Shown piece by piece: positions 35,815 to 36,954 of a DNA stretch of 36,954 nucleotides. Source of the DNA: a virus. Lineage: Duplodnaviria > Caudoviricetes. The notes under the pieces are model-generated. The model saw only the letters and a program-made list of their open reading frames with translations. It made no database searches and was not told the origin of the DNA. Positions within the stretch are counted from its first letter, which is position 1. Every line of letters begins with the position of its first letter. The position numbers and the translations under genes are program-made. Location: the IMG/VR virus record IMGVR_UViG_3300012920_000109, positions 1 through 36,954 of that record, one strand, 5' to 3'.

Positions 35815-35993
35815 TGTCACATGAATTTAACCCTTGTGAAGCACCTATTGATGGTGAAGTTGATAGGTGGGGGTTTACTATCAAACCTTCAATCTCAGAT
35901 ACTGATGCCACTCTTATCTGTTTAAGGAATGCTCCTTGTGGTACAGACAAGAAACAAATTGAACGATTGATTAAGGAGTATGAAAGTAGATGA
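35814..35993 (+). CDS. 59-aa hypothetical protein (absent from ORF track)
   Basis: TAATG-coupled; MSHEFNPCEAPIDGEVDRWGFTIKPSISD...CLRNAPCG...*. Confidence 0.65.
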   Translation: MSHEFNPCEAPIDGEVDRWGFTIKPSISDTDATLICLRNAPCGTDKKQIERLIKEYESR

Positions 35994-36163
35994 AACATTA
36001 TGATAACTATTACATCAAGTTTGATGATGTTGAGTTGAGACAAATCTTGAAAGAGATTAGTAGTGAAGAAGTCAAAGAAAGAATACGAAGTTCATTGGGA
36101 GAAACAATTGATCCCATAGATAAGTTTCACGCAACTATTGCATATTATAATAATGAAGTTTAA
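35990..36163 (+). CDS. 57-aa hypothetical protein (absent from ORF track)
   Basis: AAGGAG RBS and ATGA overlap; MKHYDNYYIKFDDVELRQILKE...*. Confidence 0.6.
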   Translation: MKHYDNYYIKFDDVELRQILKEISSEEVKERIRSSLGETIDPIDKFHATIAYYNNEV

Positions 36164-36428
36164 AGCACTGGTATTCATTCGTTTAAGATCACAAGTTGAT
36201 GACTCTCCTGGTAATGCTGTGAGAGATGCCTGTAAGAGACTGTCTGAGTTAAAAGTCAAGAAACTCAGACTGGGTAAGGTAGTTGATATTTGGTTAGAAG
36301 CAGAGACTAGAGAGTATGCTGAGAGGGAACTTGAAATGCTTTCTGATAGATTCCTTGCTAATACAGTTATGGAAGACTGGGACTATGAGTTGACTGAGAT
36401 AGAATCTTTCCCTAAAGGTATTGAATAA
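36153..36428 (+). CDS. purS: Phosphoribosylformylglycinamidine synthase subunit PurS
   Basis: MKFKALVFIRLRSQVDDSPGNAV...LRLGKVVDI.LEA...LANTVMEDW matches the PurS pattern (LDP.G.AV; R.GK; LANPVIE). Confidence 0.82.
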   Translation: MKFKALVFIRLRSQVDDSPGNAVRDACKRLSELKVKKLRLGKVVDIWLEAETREYAERELEMLSDRFLANTVMEDWDYELTEIESFPKGIE

Positions 36429-36449
36429 TATAAAGTTAACAAGTGGGGG

Positions 36450-36479
36450 TTTACAATTAGACCTCCAGTATGCGATAAT
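36450..36479 (+). promoter_or_regulatory. Possible sigma70 promoter TTTACA-N18-GATAAT with TG extension
   Basis: Intergenic after purS; imperfect -10. Confidence 0.4.
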
Positions 36480-36505
36480 GAATTTAATGTATGGAGTACT
36501 AAACA

Positions 36506-36793
36506 ATGAATGTTAAACTAATTCGTATGTGGTCTGGAGAGGATGTTGTTGCGGATGTAGTTGAAGAAAATGAAAACAGTATCGTTTTTGTTAATCCTAT
36601 TGTTGCTGTTTCTACGGGTCAGGGTCAAATGGGATTTGTTCCTTGGTCTCCTCTTCTAAAAGAAAAGGGTGGACAAATAGAAATTCCTAGGAACTATGTT
36701 GTATACATGGCTGAACCTCAAGATGCTACAGTCGAAGGATATACAAATATGTTCTCAACCATTCAAACACCTAGTAAAAGTTTGATTTTATGA
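36506..36793 (+). CDS. Conserved hypothetical protein, possible Sm-like fold
   Basis: GGAG RBS; VKLIRMWSGEDVVAD...NPIV...MGFVPW...Y..MF. Confidence 0.75.
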   Translation: MNVKLIRMWSGEDVVADVVEENENSIVFVNPIVAVSTGQGQMGFVPWSPLLKEKGGQIEIPRNYVVYMAEPQDATVEGYTNMFSTIQTPSKSLIL

Positions 36794-36948
36794 ATATGTC
36801 TGAAGATGAAAGAAAACTTCTTGCTCATTTCCAAGTTGAGGGAATTTGTAAATTGTTGAATGGAGAAGTTGAATACTCTACTGTTTGGGATCAAGCAGGA
36901 AACTGTACAAAAAAAATTACTATTACTTACAATGAAAAGAAAAATTAG
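36790..36948 (+). CDS. 52-aa hypothetical protein (absent from ORF track)
   Basis: ATGA overlap; MNMSEDERKLLAHFQVEGICKLLNGEVEYSTVWDQAGNCTKKITITYNEKKN*. Confidence 0.55.
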   Translation: MNMSEDERKLLAHFQVEGICKLLNGEVEYSTVWDQAGNCTKKITITYNEKKN

Positions 36949-36954
36949 ATCACA

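Noticed and set aside
86-36506. All minus-strand ORFs in the track (e.g. 34250-34753, 8856-9197, 31275-31598, 18221-18496)
   Set aside because: They lie antisense to well-supported genes and show no recognisable motifs. They are shadows of biased codon usage.
1-36954. Stop-codon reassignment, tRNA or rRNA genes
   Set aside because: Core genes translate full length in the standard code, and intergenic gaps are short with no cloverleaf or rRNA-like sequence.

Overview
A 37-kb co-oriented (+ strand) segment of an AT-rich T4-like cyanomyophage genome (Kyanoviridae-type). The gene order is: a 5'-truncated long tail fibre with an S74 chaperone, a short second S74 fibre and small tail-associated ORFs; a three-gene glycan-modification cassette (beta-propeller, TPR-FkbM methyltransferase, GT2); a 772-aa basic modular protein; the conserved morphogenesis block g17-g18-g19-g20-g21-g22-g23-g3; then uvsY, uvsW, g55, g47, g46, cobT-like, cobS, g45, a denV-like glycosylase, g44, an endonuclease VII-like gene, purS and many small ORFs, eight of them below the ORF-track cutoff. 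T4-type late promoters ((T)ATAAATA) precede the structural genes and sigma70-like promoters precede the replication genes. No tRNA, CRISPR, intron or intein is evident. Best leads: (1) the 772-aa ORF looks like a polyprotein of Cys-paired cationic peptides separated by gp21-type cleavage linkers; (2) a late-coupled glycosylation/methylation cassette beside the fibres; (3) identically spaced palindrome-N32-(-10) promoters with no -35 before cobT and cobS; (4) a consensus antisense sigma70 promoter back-to-back with the g55 promoter; (5) near-identical DNA repeats and a 'spare tip' gene in the fibre locus. All family assignments come from motif recognition and synteny, not database searches.
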